A DNA stretch of 64,000 bases from an uncultured Candidatus Saccharibacteria bacterium (lineage in GTDB: Bacteria > Patescibacteriota > Minisyncoccia > Portnoybacterales > UBA2143), in NCBI GenBank assembly GCA_964594155.1, contig CAZQLH010000001.1, positions 1,448-65,447 on the forward strand, given 5' to 3'. The notes beneath the pieces are model-generated. The model saw nothing but the letters and a program-made list of their open reading frames with translations. It did not search any database and had not been told where the DNA came from. How positions within the stretch are numbered: the stretch's first letter is position 1; the number at the start of each line of letters is the position of its first letter. Positions 18,556 to 28,150 of this stretch are shown piece by piece. The position numbers and the translations under genes were made by a program.

Positions 18556-19524
18556 ATGATTAAAATAGCTATTAATGGATTTGGCCGGATCGGAAGGTCT
18601 GCTTTTCGGCGGATTTTAGAAAGTCATCCTGAATTAGAAGTGGCGGCTATTAATGATTTGGCTGATAAAGAAACTTTAGCTCATCTTTTAAAATATGATT
18701 CTGTTTATGGAATATATGATCAGCCAATCAAAGCTAAAATTTTAGCTGAAAAAGATCCAGCCCAGCTTCCTTGGAAAGAATTAGAAGTAGATATTGTTTT
18801 AGAATGTACTGGTATTTTTGCTAATCTTGAAGGAGCAGGAAGGCATTTATCAGCTAGGGCAAAAAAAGTTATTATCTCAGCTCCTTGCAAGGGATCTGAT
18901 GTTTCAACCTATGTTTTGGGCGGCAATGAAGATAAATATGATTCTAATAAGGATGATATTGTTTCTATGGGTTCTTGCACAACTAATTGTTATGCGCCAA
19001 TAACCAAAATCCTTCACGAAAATTTTGAAGTGGAAAGAGGATTTATGGTGACTGCCCATGCAGCAACTAATAATCAGAAGATTTTAGATTCTCCGCATAA
19101 GGATTTAAGGCGAGCTAGGTCTGTTTTTAATAATATTATTCCTACAACAAGCGGGTCTGACAAAGCAACTACTGAAGTAATCCCTGAATTAAAAGGGAAA
19201 TTGCATACTATGGCTATGCGAATACCAATACAAGTTGGTTCAGTGATTTATGCAATTTACAACCTTAAGAAAAAGCCATCATCAAAAGAAGTTAATAATG
19301 TAATAAAAGAAGCATCGCAAAGAGAATACAAAAACATTCTTAAATACGAGACCAATCAAATAGTTTCTTCTGATATTGTTGGTTCTAAATATTCAGCAAT
19401 CTTTGACTCATTATTAACCGAAAACAGCGATGATTTGGTAAAAATAGTTGCTTGGTATGATAATGAATATGGATATGCTTGCAGATTAGCAGAATTTGCA
19501 GAATTTATCGGCAAAAAATTATGA
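18556..19524 (+). CDS. gap: glyceraldehyde-3-phosphate dehydrogenase
   Basis: NGFGRIGR NAD motif; SCTTNC active-site Cys. Confidence 0.9.
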   Translation: MIKIAINGFGRIGRSAFRRILESHPELEVAAINDLADKETLAHLLKYDSVYGIYDQPIKAKILAEKDPAQLPWKELEVDIVLECTGIFANLEGAGRHLSARAKKVIISAPCKGSDVSTYVLGGNEDKYDSNKDDIVSMGSCTTNCYAPITKILHENFEVERGFMVTAHAATNNQKILDSPHKDLRRARSVFNNIIPTTSGSDKATTEVIPELKGKLHTMAMRIPIQVGSVIYAIYNLKKKPSSKEVNNVIKEASQREYKNILKYETNQIVSSDIVGSKYSAIFDSLLTENSDDLVKIVAWYDNEYGYACRLAEFAEFIGKKL

Positions 19525-19970
19525 TTTACTTAGGCGCTGATCATGCTGGATTTCATTTAAAGGAAGAAATCAAGAAATATCTTGAAGAATTAGGATATAA
19601 ATATGAGGATTTAGGCAACCAAGAAATGGATCCTCAAGACGACTATCCTGATTTTGCTTTGAAAGTGGCAAATAAAGCGGTTGAAACAAAAGAAAAAGGA
19701 ATTTTAGTTTGTTCAACTGGATTAGGAATGTGTTTAGCGGCTAATAAGGTGAAAGGAGCTCGAGGGGTTGTTGTTTGGGATGAGTTTACAGCTATTCAGT
19801 CAAGAGAGCATAATAATGCTAATATTCTTTGTTTGGCTGGCAAGGTATTGGATTTAGAAACAGCTAAGAAAATTGTTCGCGTTTGGATGGAAACAGAGTT
19901 TAGCGAAGAAGAAAGGCACGTGCGAAGGTTAGAGAAGATTAAAGCTATAGAGATCAAGGAACGTCCTTAA
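19521..19970 (+). CDS. rpiB: ribose-5-phosphate isomerase B
   Basis: MIYLGADHAGF N-terminus typical of RpiB/LacAB. The ATG overlaps the gap stop codon (ATGA). Confidence 0.85.
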   Translation: MIYLGADHAGFHLKEEIKKYLEELGYKYEDLGNQEMDPQDDYPDFALKVANKAVETKEKGILVCSTGLGMCLAANKVKGARGVVVWDEFTAIQSREHNNANILCLAGKVLDLETAKKIVRVWMETEFSEEERHVRRLEKIKAIEIKERP

Positions 19971-19981
19971 GGACGTTCCTT

Positions 19982-20623
19982 ATGATAAATATGATCCAAA
20001 TTATCCCAGCTATTATTTCTCAAGATTTTGAGGAATTGCAGAAGAAAATTAAAAAGGTAGAATCCTATGTTGATTTGGTTCAATTAGATGTAATGGATGG
20101 AAAGTTTGTTGATAACCTAACTTGGAACCAGCCAACTGATTTAAGGAATTTAAAGACCAGTTTAAAATTAGAAGTCCATTTAATGGTTCAAAATCCAGAG
20201 AATATTATTGATGATTGGATTAAATCAGGCATTCAAAGAATTATTTTCCATTATGAATCAACTAAAAATCCAGAAGGGATTATTAAAAGAATAAAGCAAG
20301 CTGGTTTGCAGGTTGGCTTGGCAATTAATCCAGAAACTTCAGTAAAGTCAATAGATGCTTTTATTAATCAACTTGATTTAGTTTTAATTATGACAGTTCA
20401 TCCAGGAAAAGGAGGTCAAGAGTTTTTAGAGGAAACCTTGTGGAAAATTAAGGAATTGCGAGAGGAATATAAAGATGTTAATATAGGGGTAGATGGAGGA
20501 ATAAATTTAGAAACTGCGCCAAAAGTTATTCAAGTTGGCGCCAATATCTTATTCATTGGTTCAGCTATATTCAAAAGCGAAAATATTGAAGAAGCAATTA
20601 AAAAGTTAAAAAATGGATATTAA
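19982..20623 (+). CDS. rpe: ribulose-phosphate 3-epimerase
   Basis: DVMDGKFV and HxMV motifs of Rpe. Confidence 0.85.
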   Translation: MINMIQIIPAIISQDFEELQKKIKKVESYVDLVQLDVMDGKFVDNLTWNQPTDLRNLKTSLKLEVHLMVQNPENIIDDWIKSGIQRIIFHYESTKNPEGIIKRIKQAGLQVGLAINPETSVKSIDAFINQLDLVLIMTVHPGKGGQEFLEETLWKIKELREEYKDVNIGVDGGINLETAPKVIQVGANILFIGSAIFKSENIEEAIKKLKNGY

Positions 20624-21461
20624 AGAATTAGAAAAAAAAGCTAATACAATCAGAAAAGACATTATTGAAATGTTAATGGAAGCTAAGTCCGGCCACTCAG
20701 CCGGTCCTTTAGGTATGGCTGATGTTTTTACTGCTTTGTATTTTGGCAATGTTGTTAAATATGACTATAAGAAACCTGATTGGGAAGGAAGAGATTATGT
20801 AATTCTTTCTAATGCCCATATTTGTCCGGTTTTGTATGCAACAATGGCTCATGCTGAATATTTCCCAGTTGATGAATTGAAAACTTTGCGCAAATTAGGC
20901 AGTCGCTTACAAGGCCATCCACACCGTTTAGAATTGCCAGGAATTGAAACATCAGGCGGTTCTTTAGGACAGGGTTTGTCAATTGCTTGCGGCATGGCTT
21001 ATTCTTTTCATAAATTAGACAAAAAAGATAATTGGGTTTGGGCTTTGACCAGCGATGGCGAACATGATGAAGGCCAGATGTGGGAGGCAGCTATGTTTGC
21101 CGGCAAAAACAAGCTTTTTAATCTTACTCAGATTATGGATAGGAATAATATCCAAATTGACGGCTATACAGAAGATGTTATGCCCTTAGAGCCGTTAAAA
21201 GAAAAATATGAAGCGTTTAACTGGCATGTTTTGGAAGTAGATGGGCATAATATTGAAGAAATTATTAATGCTTGCCATAAATCTAAGAAAATTTTTGAAA
21301 AGCCAGTTTTAATTATTGCTCATACTATTCCAGGCAAGGGCGTTGATTTTATGGAATGGAAATATTCTTGGCATGGAAAGGCGCCTTGTAAAGAAGAAGC
21401 TGATAAAGCTCTTAATTGCTTAAGAACATTAGATGGAAAGATTAAAGGCGAGCATGAGTAA
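20613..21461 (+). CDS. transketolase, N-terminal (TPP-binding) subunit of split enzyme
   Basis: GHSAGPLGMAD..GSLGQGLS TPP-binding region; 282 aa. Confidence 0.85.
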   Translation: MDIKELEKKANTIRKDIIEMLMEAKSGHSAGPLGMADVFTALYFGNVVKYDYKKPDWEGRDYVILSNAHICPVLYATMAHAEYFPVDELKTLRKLGSRLQGHPHRLELPGIETSGGSLGQGLSIACGMAYSFHKLDKKDNWVWALTSDGEHDEGQMWEAAMFAGKNKLFNLTQIMDRNNIQIDGYTEDVMPLEPLKEKYEAFNWHVLEVDGHNIEEIINACHKSKKIFEKPVLIIAHTIPGKGVDFMEWKYSWHGKAPCKEEADKALNCLRTLDGKIKGEHE

Positions 21462-21473
21462 TAAAACGAAAAT

Positions 21474-22448
21474 ATGAATTTAGTTAATAATTTATACAAA
21501 AAAGAAAAATTAGAACAAAAGCCCACTCGTGATGGATATGGCCAGGGCTTGGTTGAATTAGGCAGGAAAAACCCCAATATTGTTGCTTTGGGCGCTGATT
21601 TAACTGGTTCTACTCGCTGTAATTGGTTTAAAGATGAGTTTCCAGACAGGTTTATTCAAGTGGGCATTGCTGAACAAAATATGGTTGGCATTGCCGTTGG
21701 CTTGGCTTTGATTGGCAAAGTTCCTTTTGCTTCTACTTATTCTGTTTTTTGTCCTGGACGCAATTGGGATCAAATTCGCATTAGCATTGCCTATAATAAA
21801 GCTAATGTTAAACTTACTGGGGCTCATGCTGGAATTTCAGTGGGGCCAGACGGCGCTACTCATCAGGGCTTGGAAGATATTGCCATTACTCGATGTTTGC
21901 CTAATATGACTGTTTTAGCGCCTTGCGATATGATTGAAACAGAAAAGGCAACCATGGCGGCTGGCGCAATGATTGGGCCGGTTTATTTAAGATTTGCCCG
22001 TGAGTCAACTCCTGTTTTTACTACTGAAAGAACGTCTTTTAGAATTGGCCAAGCTGAGGTTTTTCGCAAAGGCAAAGACGCGTCTATAATTGCCTGCGGC
22101 CCCATTGTTTATGAGGCCTTATTAGCAGCTGAAGAATTATCTAAACAAGGAATTGATGTTCGGGTGATTAATAATCATACTATTAAGCCAATTGATGAAG
22201 AGGAAATTATTAAAGCAGCTGAGCAGACAGGAGCGATTGTTACTGGCGAAGACCATCAGGTAATGGGCGGCTTAGGCTCTGCTGTGGCAGAGGTTTTAGC
22301 TAAGAACCATCCTGTGCCTATAGAAATGATTGGAGTCCAGAATCGTTTTGGGGAATCCGGCCAGCCAGAGGAATTAATGAAAGAATTTGACTTAAAAGCG
22401 AAAAATATTAAAGAAGCAGTTAAGAAAGTTATTAAGAGGAAAATATAA
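21474..22448 (+). CDS. transketolase, C-terminal (pyrimidine-binding) subunit
   Basis: Homology pattern of the Tkt C-terminal half; adjacent to the N-terminal subunit gene. Confidence 0.85.
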   Translation: MNLVNNLYKKEKLEQKPTRDGYGQGLVELGRKNPNIVALGADLTGSTRCNWFKDEFPDRFIQVGIAEQNMVGIAVGLALIGKVPFASTYSVFCPGRNWDQIRISIAYNKANVKLTGAHAGISVGPDGATHQGLEDIAITRCLPNMTVLAPCDMIETEKATMAAGAMIGPVYLRFARESTPVFTTERTSFRIGQAEVFRKGKDASIIACGPIVYEALLAAEELSKQGIDVRVINNHTIKPIDEEEIIKAAEQTGAIVTGEDHQVMGGLGSAVAEVLAKNHPVPIEMIGVQNRFGESGQPEELMKEFDLKAKNIKEAVKKVIKRKI

Positions 22449-22466
22449 TAGTTTGTAAAACTTTGT

Positions 22467-22599
22467 ATTCTGAATAATCAGAAAACAAAATTTTTTAAAT
22501 CGCTTATTCCTGCCCTCGCTTTGCTCGGGCGCGCGCCCACACCTGCGACTTAAAAAATTTGTTTTCTTTATATAAAAATTAGAAATTTCAGAATACTCG
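22467..22599. repeat. structured intergenic repeat, copy 5 (extended/diverged)
   Basis: GTATTCTGAA..palindromic GC core CGGGCGCGCGCCC..AGAAATTTCAGAATACTCG. The terminal 10-nt arms are perfect inverted repeats. Confidence 0.55.
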
Positions 22600-22618
22600 T
22601 TTTAAAATTTTATATAAT

Positions 22619-23605
22619 ATGTACGATGTTATAGTTCTTGGCTCAGCTACTCAGGATGTATTTATGAGCAGTCCTGATTTTAAAGTAGTTGAAGATGAGA
22701 AATTAATTACAAAAAAAGGATTATGCGTTCCTTTGGGTTCTAAATTAGGAATGGAAAACGTTACTTTTGCTATGGGCGGCTGCGGCACAAACGCAGCTGT
22801 TACTTTTGCAAATCAAGGCTTAAAAACCGCTTATTTAGGATTAGTTGGCAAGGATTGCGCTGGGGATATGGTTAAAAGCGAATTAAAGAAAAACAATGTT
22901 TCAACTGATTTAATAATTGATTCAGATAAAGACCAAACAGCTTTTTCAGTTATTCTTTCTGTTCCAAATACTGGGCGAAGCATTTTAAAAAAATTAGGAG
23001 CTTGCCATAATATGACTGATTCTGATTTTAATTATGATAAAATTAAAGCAAAATGGATTTACGCTGGTTCATTGTCAGGCAAAGCATATAAAGTTCTTGA
23101 TAAATTATTTGATTTTGCAGTTGAAAACAAAATTAAAATAGCAGTTAGCCCTGTTGGCCAAAGCCAATTAGGCGAGGGATTGGAAAGAACTAAGGCGTTG
23201 CTTCATAAAGTTGATATTTTAATTGTGAATCAGGAAGAAGCAGCTCTTTTAACAGGGGTTGATTATAGCGATGAAGAAGAGATTTTTAATAAATTAGAAA
23301 AGTTAGCTCCAAGAATTAAAGTTATGACCAAAGGGCCAAAAGGCGTAAGAGTGACTGACCGGGAATATAGATATTCAGCTGGCATTCCAGAATCTGGATT
23401 AGTTGACAGAACTGGAGCTGGCGATGCTTTTGCCTCGGCATTTTTATCTGGATATATTGAAAAACAAGATATTTCTTACGCTATTCAGCTTGCTACGGCA
23501 AATTCAACATCAGTATTGCAGAAAATGGGAGCTATAAACGGTCTTTTGAAAAAAGGCGAATGGGGTAAATGGGAAAAAGTAGAAGTTTTAAAGGAAAAGG
23601 CATGA
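22619..23605 (+). CDS. PfkB-family carbohydrate/nucleoside kinase (ribokinase-like)
   Basis: N-terminal GGxGxN and C-terminal TGAGDAF motifs. Confidence 0.8.
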   Translation: MYDVIVLGSATQDVFMSSPDFKVVEDEKLITKKGLCVPLGSKLGMENVTFAMGGCGTNAAVTFANQGLKTAYLGLVGKDCAGDMVKSELKKNNVSTDLIIDSDKDQTAFSVILSVPNTGRSILKKLGACHNMTDSDFNYDKIKAKWIYAGSLSGKAYKVLDKLFDFAVENKIKIAVSPVGQSQLGEGLERTKALLHKVDILIVNQEEAALLTGVDYSDEEEIFNKLEKLAPRIKVMTKGPKGVRVTDREYRYSAGIPESGLVDRTGAGDAFASAFLSGYIEKQDISYAIQLATANSTSVLQKMGAINGLLKKGEWGKWEKVEVLKEKA

Positions 23606-24855
23606 GGCCAGAAATTAGCAAGATTGCTAAATTATTAAGAACATCAGAAAAAGTAGTTTTGGATTTGGAAAAGAAAATGGAAAAGATAAGCGGAAAGAAA
23701 GGAGTTATTCAAAAGATTGTTCAAGAAAATGATGAGAAAGTGAAGGAAAAATTAAAAGAAATGAACTTAAAGCCAGATCCAGCAGCTGAAGAAGTTTTTA
23801 AAGCTTTGATTAATAAGGTAAAAGAAACAGATAAAGTTCTTTTAAGTAAATTCTATAAACCGGATTTTTCAGCTGAATCCGGCTGTAGAAGTTTAATTAA
23901 TTCAGTTAAAGAGTTAGTTGGCGATTTAGCAGGTTTTTATCTTAAAGAAGAGAAAGCTAAAGAATTATTTAAATTAAACCCGCCTAAGCAGATTATGAAT
24001 AGTTTGGGTTATGGCAATGATGTTGAAAAAATGCTGGAAAAAGAAGATATTTTTGAATTATTTGCCGCTTTAAGATTTGTTGAAGACAGTCGCTGGATGA
24101 ACGAAGTTTTTTTTAAATCTTATAAGAATTTAACAAAAGACGATTTTGAGAAAAGAAACCTTAAAGTTCTTGTTTTGCCTGAAAAGTGGTCAGGTATTGG
24201 CAAAAAATTCCTTGGCAAAAAGCTTCATCATATGAGTCATTTAAAAGAATTAGGTTTGGTTTTTATTATCCCAATAACTGAACAATTTCCTGGAGAAATT
24301 GTTTATCTTTTTTTCATGACTCTACATTATATTCACGAAACTGATTGGTATTCTAATCTTTTTGAGAAATATAGCCAAAAGCATGATTTTGCTAAAAGAA
24401 TGATAGAAGTTTTAAGAGTAGAAGCCAGCAGTATGCCATTGCCTGATGGTATAAAAGCTAGCTGGCGAATTATTCCTTCATATTTAGCTAAAAAAGACAA
24501 AAAAGATCTTAGATTAGCTGAGCCGCATATTAATCCTGAAGCTTTGTTTTTTACTAAAACAGCTCAAGTTATTCAAAAATTTGCTCAAAGATTTCCAGAA
24601 ACTGGATTAGATTTTTGGGAAAGTTTAGATGTAGTTGGAGATTATTTTTCATCTAATGATTCAGAAACTTTGATTAGTTTTGATTTATTTGATAATGGAA
24701 TTGCCCTACAGCAGAAGCGAGTTGATTTTGAATTAAAATATTTATATCATCAACAAGAGGCGCTTTGGAACAAGGTTTTTATGGAATATATGGGAGAAGA
24801 GATGATGGATAAATTAATGATGGATAATTTAGATAAGGGAATGGTAGTGTTATAA
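23602..24855 (+). CDS. hypothetical protein (417 aa)
   Basis: ORF between the pfkB-like and fba genes, no recognised motif. ATG 23602 overlaps the upstream stop. Confidence 0.5.
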   Translation: MRPEISKIAKLLRTSEKVVLDLEKKMEKISGKKGVIQKIVQENDEKVKEKLKEMNLKPDPAAEEVFKALINKVKETDKVLLSKFYKPDFSAESGCRSLINSVKELVGDLAGFYLKEEKAKELFKLNPPKQIMNSLGYGNDVEKMLEKEDIFELFAALRFVEDSRWMNEVFFKSYKNLTKDDFEKRNLKVLVLPEKWSGIGKKFLGKKLHHMSHLKELGLVFIIPITEQFPGEIVYLFFMTLHYIHETDWYSNLFEKYSQKHDFAKRMIEVLRVEASSMPLPDGIKASWRIIPSYLAKKDKKDLRLAEPHINPEALFFTKTAQVIQKFAQRFPETGLDFWESLDVVGDYFSSNDSETLISFDLFDNGIALQQKRVDFELKYLYHQQEALWNKVFMEYMGEEMMDKLMMDNLDKGMVVL

Positions 24856-24859
24856 AAAC

Positions 24860-25711
24860 ATGTTAGAAATTTTTCAAAAAGCAAAAGAGAATAAATATGC
24901 CATAGGCGCTTTTAATGCGTCTAATTTAGAGCAATTAAAAGCCGTAATTCAGGCTGCTCAGAATTTAAAAAGCCCGGTTATTATATCCACTTCCCAGGGT
25001 GAAAGCAGATTTATTGGCAAAAAACAGATTAGGGCGTTAATTGATGTTTACAAAAAAGAAACTAATTTGCCAATATTTCTTCATTTAGACCATGGCAAGT
25101 CATTTGAAGTTGTTCAAGAAGCAATTGAAGCTGGCTATGATTCAGTTCATTTTGACGGTTCAGAATTAAGTTTTGAAGAAAATGTGGAAATAACTAAAAA
25201 AGCGGTTGATTTAGCCAGAGAAAAAGGAATTAAAAATATTGAAGGGGAATTAGGTTATTTAAGGGGAGGTTCAAATATTCATGAAGCAATAGAAATTAAA
25301 CCAGAAGATTTAACTGATCCTAAACAAGCTTTAGAGTTTGTTGAAAAAACAGGTGTTAATAGTTTAGCTATTGCTATTGGCAATATTCACGGCGTTTTTA
25401 AATCGCTTCAAAATCCTTCTTTATTCTTAGATAGATTAGAAGAGATAAATAAAACAATAGGCAGCAAAGCAGGTTTGACGCTTCATGGCGGTTCAGGCAC
25501 TTCAGAACAAGACATTAAAAAAGCGATTGAATTAGGCATTGTTAAAGTTAATGTTAATACAGAATTAAGAATAGCTTATACAGAAGCTCTTAGAAAATCT
25601 CTTCAGGATAACCCAGATCAAACCACGCCTTATAAAATAATGCCATCAGTGGTTGAAGCGGTTCAAAAAGTAGTTGAGGAAAAAATTAAATTGCTTGGGA
25701 GTAATACATGA
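24860..25711 (+). CDS. fba: class II fructose-bisphosphate aldolase
   Basis: AIGAFN start and HLDHG zinc-ligand region typical of class II FBA/TBP aldolases. Confidence 0.85.
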   Translation: MLEIFQKAKENKYAIGAFNASNLEQLKAVIQAAQNLKSPVIISTSQGESRFIGKKQIRALIDVYKKETNLPIFLHLDHGKSFEVVQEAIEAGYDSVHFDGSELSFEENVEITKKAVDLAREKGIKNIEGELGYLRGGSNIHEAIEIKPEDLTDPKQALEFVEKTGVNSLAIAIGNIHGVFKSLQNPSLFLDRLEEINKTIGSKAGLTLHGGSGTSEQDIKKAIELGIVKVNVNTELRIAYTEALRKSLQDNPDQTTPYKIMPSVVEAVQKVVEEKIKLLGSNT

Positions 25712-25905
25712 AAATAATTATTGATCAGGAAAAATGCATTAGTTGTGGTTCTTGCGTAGCTGTTTGTTCTAATGTTTTTCATATAAATGAAGAAAATAAG
25801 GCAGTTATTAAAGACACTGGGGATAATCAGGGAGAAGCTGATGAAGAATGCATTAAAGAGGCAATTGATATTTGCCCGGTTCAAGCGATTGAAAAACTTT
25901 CTTGA
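25708..25905 (+). CDS. ferredoxin (single 4Fe-4S-type cluster)
   Basis: CISCGSCVAVC plus a distal CP. Confidence 0.7.
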   Translation: MKIIIDQEKCISCGSCVAVCSNVFHINEENKAVIKDTGDNQGEADEECIKEAIDICPVQAIEKLS

Positions 25906-25939
25906 CCAAGAAGGTTTTTTTAGTTAATATAGGTGTATC

Positions 25940-26635
25940 ATGTTAGAATTATTAGTTAAATTGCGCAAGGAGATTGGCGCTAAGAATAAACAAGTCCGGG
26001 AACAAGGTTTTATTCCGGCTGTTTTATATGGCCAAAAGATTAAGAATTTAAATCTTTCAGTAAAGTATCAGGATTTTGAAAGGATATATAAAGAGGCTGG
26101 TGAAAGCACTTTGATTAAGTTGAAAATAGCAAAAGATAAAGAGAAAGAAAGAACTGTTTTAATTCATGATATTGCTAAAGATCCAGTTAGCGGAAAATTT
26201 ATTCATATTGATTTTAATCAGGTTAGGATGGACCAAACAACCACTGTGGAAGTTCCCTTGGTTTTTATTGGAAAATCAGAGGCAATTGAAAGAGATGGCG
26301 GCGTGCTGATTAAAAGCATTCAAGCGGTTGAAGCAGAGGCCTTGCCTCAGAATCTTCCTAATGAAATTGAAGTAGATATTTCTGTCTTGAAAACCTTTGA
26401 TGATAATATTTATATTAAAAATCTAAAAGTTTCAGATAAAGTTAAATTAACAGCTGATTCAGAGGATCTAATTGCTTCGGTTATACCCCCAAGAACCAAA
26501 GAAGAATTAGAAGAATTAGAAGAAGCGCCAGAAGAAAAAATAGATGAAGTTGAAGTTGAAGAAAAAGGCAAGGAAAAAGAAGAAGAAAAAGCTGAAACAG
26601 ATAAAAAAGAAGAGCAAAAAGAAAAGGAGGAATGA
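25940..26635 (+). CDS. rplY: 50S ribosomal protein L25 (Ctc-form with acidic tail)
   Basis: L25/Ctc N-terminal domain; Glu/Lys-rich C-terminal tail. Confidence 0.8.
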   Translation: MLELLVKLRKEIGAKNKQVREQGFIPAVLYGQKIKNLNLSVKYQDFERIYKEAGESTLIKLKIAKDKEKERTVLIHDIAKDPVSGKFIHIDFNQVRMDQTTTVEVPLVFIGKSEAIERDGGVLIKSIQAVEAEALPQNLPNEIEVDISVLKTFDDNIYIKNLKVSDKVKLTADSEDLIASVIPPRTKEELEELEEAPEEKIDEVEVEEKGKEKEEEKAETDKKEEQKEKEE

Positions 26636-27948
26636 GTAAAGCATTTAAAACAAATTTTAGTTTTTACGGGATAGTTATTTTTCTGTTTTTTTTAATTATC
26701 CCGTTTTTTATTTGGGCAGCTGGCATTGATGACCTGCGGCAGGATTTAGAAAATCAAATTAAACAAAAACAGCAAGAAATTAATCAACACCAGCAAAACA
26801 TTAAAGAAACGCAGCAAAAAAGCAAAACACTTAATAATGAAATCCAGATTTTAGAAAGCCAAATTAATAAAATTAGATTAGAAGTAAGGCAAATTGATTT
26901 AACTATTCAAAAAAGCAGTTTAAATATTCAGGAAATAGACGATCAAATAAAAGAGTTAGAAGAAAGAGTTGATGAAAAAAAAGATCTTTTAGCTGAATAT
27001 ATCCGAGCAGTGGCCTATTATGACCAAGAAACCATTTTAGAGATTATTTTAAAAAATGATAAGTTTTCTGATTTTTTTAGTCAAATTAGCGCTTTAGAAA
27101 GCGTTCAGGAAGAAATTCAAAGTATTTTAGAGGTTATTCATGGATTGAAAGATAAATTAACAGAAGAAAAAAATGAATTAGAAGATGAACAAGAAGAGCA
27201 GAATAGATTAAGGTCTCTTCAATTAGTTCAGCAAAGATCTGTTGAAAATGTTCAATGGCAAAAAGAGGATTTATTAGATAGAACCAAAGGAAAAGAACAA
27301 AGTTATCAGCAAATGATTCAGGGAGCTGAAAAAGATATTGCCTATATCAAAGAACAGCTTTCTTTATTAGAGAAATATAATTTGACCTTGGAAGAAGCTG
27401 TACAGCATGCTATTTTTGCCGCTTCTAAAACCGGTATTAGACCAGCTTATTTATTAGGGGTTTTAGAAGCTGAATCTAGATTAGGCCTTAATGTTGGCAC
27501 AGGAAATTGGAAAAAAGATATGTACGACTGTTATAGGAGTTTGGGATATATTACAAGAGCAACAAAAGAAAAAAACGCTTTTATCCAAATTTGTCAGGAA
27601 TTAGGATTAAATCCAGACCTTCAGCCGGTTTCAGCTGAGCCATGGTATGGCTGCGGCGGAGCTATGGGCGTAGCTCAGTTTATGCCCACTACTTGGATGG
27701 CTTATAAAGACCAAGTATCTGCTTTAACTGGCAATAATCCGCCTAATCCCTGGACTCACCGCGATGCTTTTATGGCAGCTTCTATTAAATTGTCAAATGG
27801 AGGCGCTAACCAGAGAAGCGAGATAGGGGAACGAACCGCTTATGCTAAATATTTGGGCGGCAGTCGTTACAGCCGCTGGATTTATCATAAAGTAACTGAT
27901 TACGTGATTAGTTTGGCTAATAAATTCCAACAGCAGTATTTTGAATGA
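26632..27948 (+). CDS. membrane-anchored coiled-coil protein with C-terminal lytic transglycosylase (SLT)-like domain
   Basis: N-terminal TM, ~230-aa coiled coil, C-terminal LEAESRLG..GVAQFMPTTW. Confidence 0.6.
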   Translation: MSKAFKTNFSFYGIVIFLFFLIIPFFIWAAGIDDLRQDLENQIKQKQQEINQHQQNIKETQQKSKTLNNEIQILESQINKIRLEVRQIDLTIQKSSLNIQEIDDQIKELEERVDEKKDLLAEYIRAVAYYDQETILEIILKNDKFSDFFSQISALESVQEEIQSILEVIHGLKDKLTEEKNELEDEQEEQNRLRSLQLVQQRSVENVQWQKEDLLDRTKGKEQSYQQMIQGAEKDIAYIKEQLSLLEKYNLTLEEAVQHAIFAASKTGIRPAYLLGVLEAESRLGLNVGTGNWKKDMYDCYRSLGYITRATKEKNAFIQICQELGLNPDLQPVSAEPWYGCGGAMGVAQFMPTTWMAYKDQVSALTGNNPPNPWTHRDAFMAASIKLSNGGANQRSEIGERTAYAKYLGGSRYSRWIYHKVTDYVISLANKFQQQYFE

Positions 27949-27955
27949 CTAGCTA

Positions 27956-27984
27956 TTGACAAGGATTTTGGTTTATGATATTAT
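27956..27984 (+). promoter_or_regulatory. near-consensus sigma-70 promoter P1 (TTGACA-17-TATTAT)
   Basis: Read directly; no CDS downstream on + strand. Confidence 0.5.
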
Positions 27985-27990
27985 AACGGT

Positions 27991-28108
27991 AATGGCAGAT
28001 GGGTTTCTTCATCTTCCACCTCCTTTCTATATAGCGGTGCTGAATCGGGTCAGCGCCGCGACACAAAAAAACGAGCCGCGGATAAAAAAATCCCCGGCTC
28101 TTTTTATT
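27991..28108 (+). ncRNA. candidate small structured RNA A (unknown class)
   Basis: Downstream of P1. Hairpin gcggugcuga-aucggg-ucagcgccgc; 3' hairpin gagccg..cggcuc followed by a U-run. Confidence 0.3.
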
Positions 28109-28115
28109 AAAACCC

Positions 28116-28144
28116 TTGACAAATTATAATGTGTATGATATAAT
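28116..28144 (+). promoter_or_regulatory. perfect-consensus sigma-70 promoter P2 (TTGACA-17-TATAAT with TG extended -10)
   Basis: ttgacaaattataatgtgtatgatataat. Confidence 0.55.
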
Positions 28145-28150
28145 ACAGGC

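Noticed and set aside
27956-28015. Minus-strand 19-aa ORF (MKKPICHYRYNIINQNPCQ) with AAAGGAGGTG RBS
   Set aside because: The RBS is the reverse complement of the anti-SD-like string above. The ORF is very short and overlaps the strong + strand P1. It is more likely coincidental, but cannot be excluded.
28030-28050. CACCTCCTTTCT identical to the 16S rRNA 3' end
   Set aside because: No other 16S sequence is present. The match is only an anti-SD-like 12-mer inside the putative sRNA A, not an rRNA gene.
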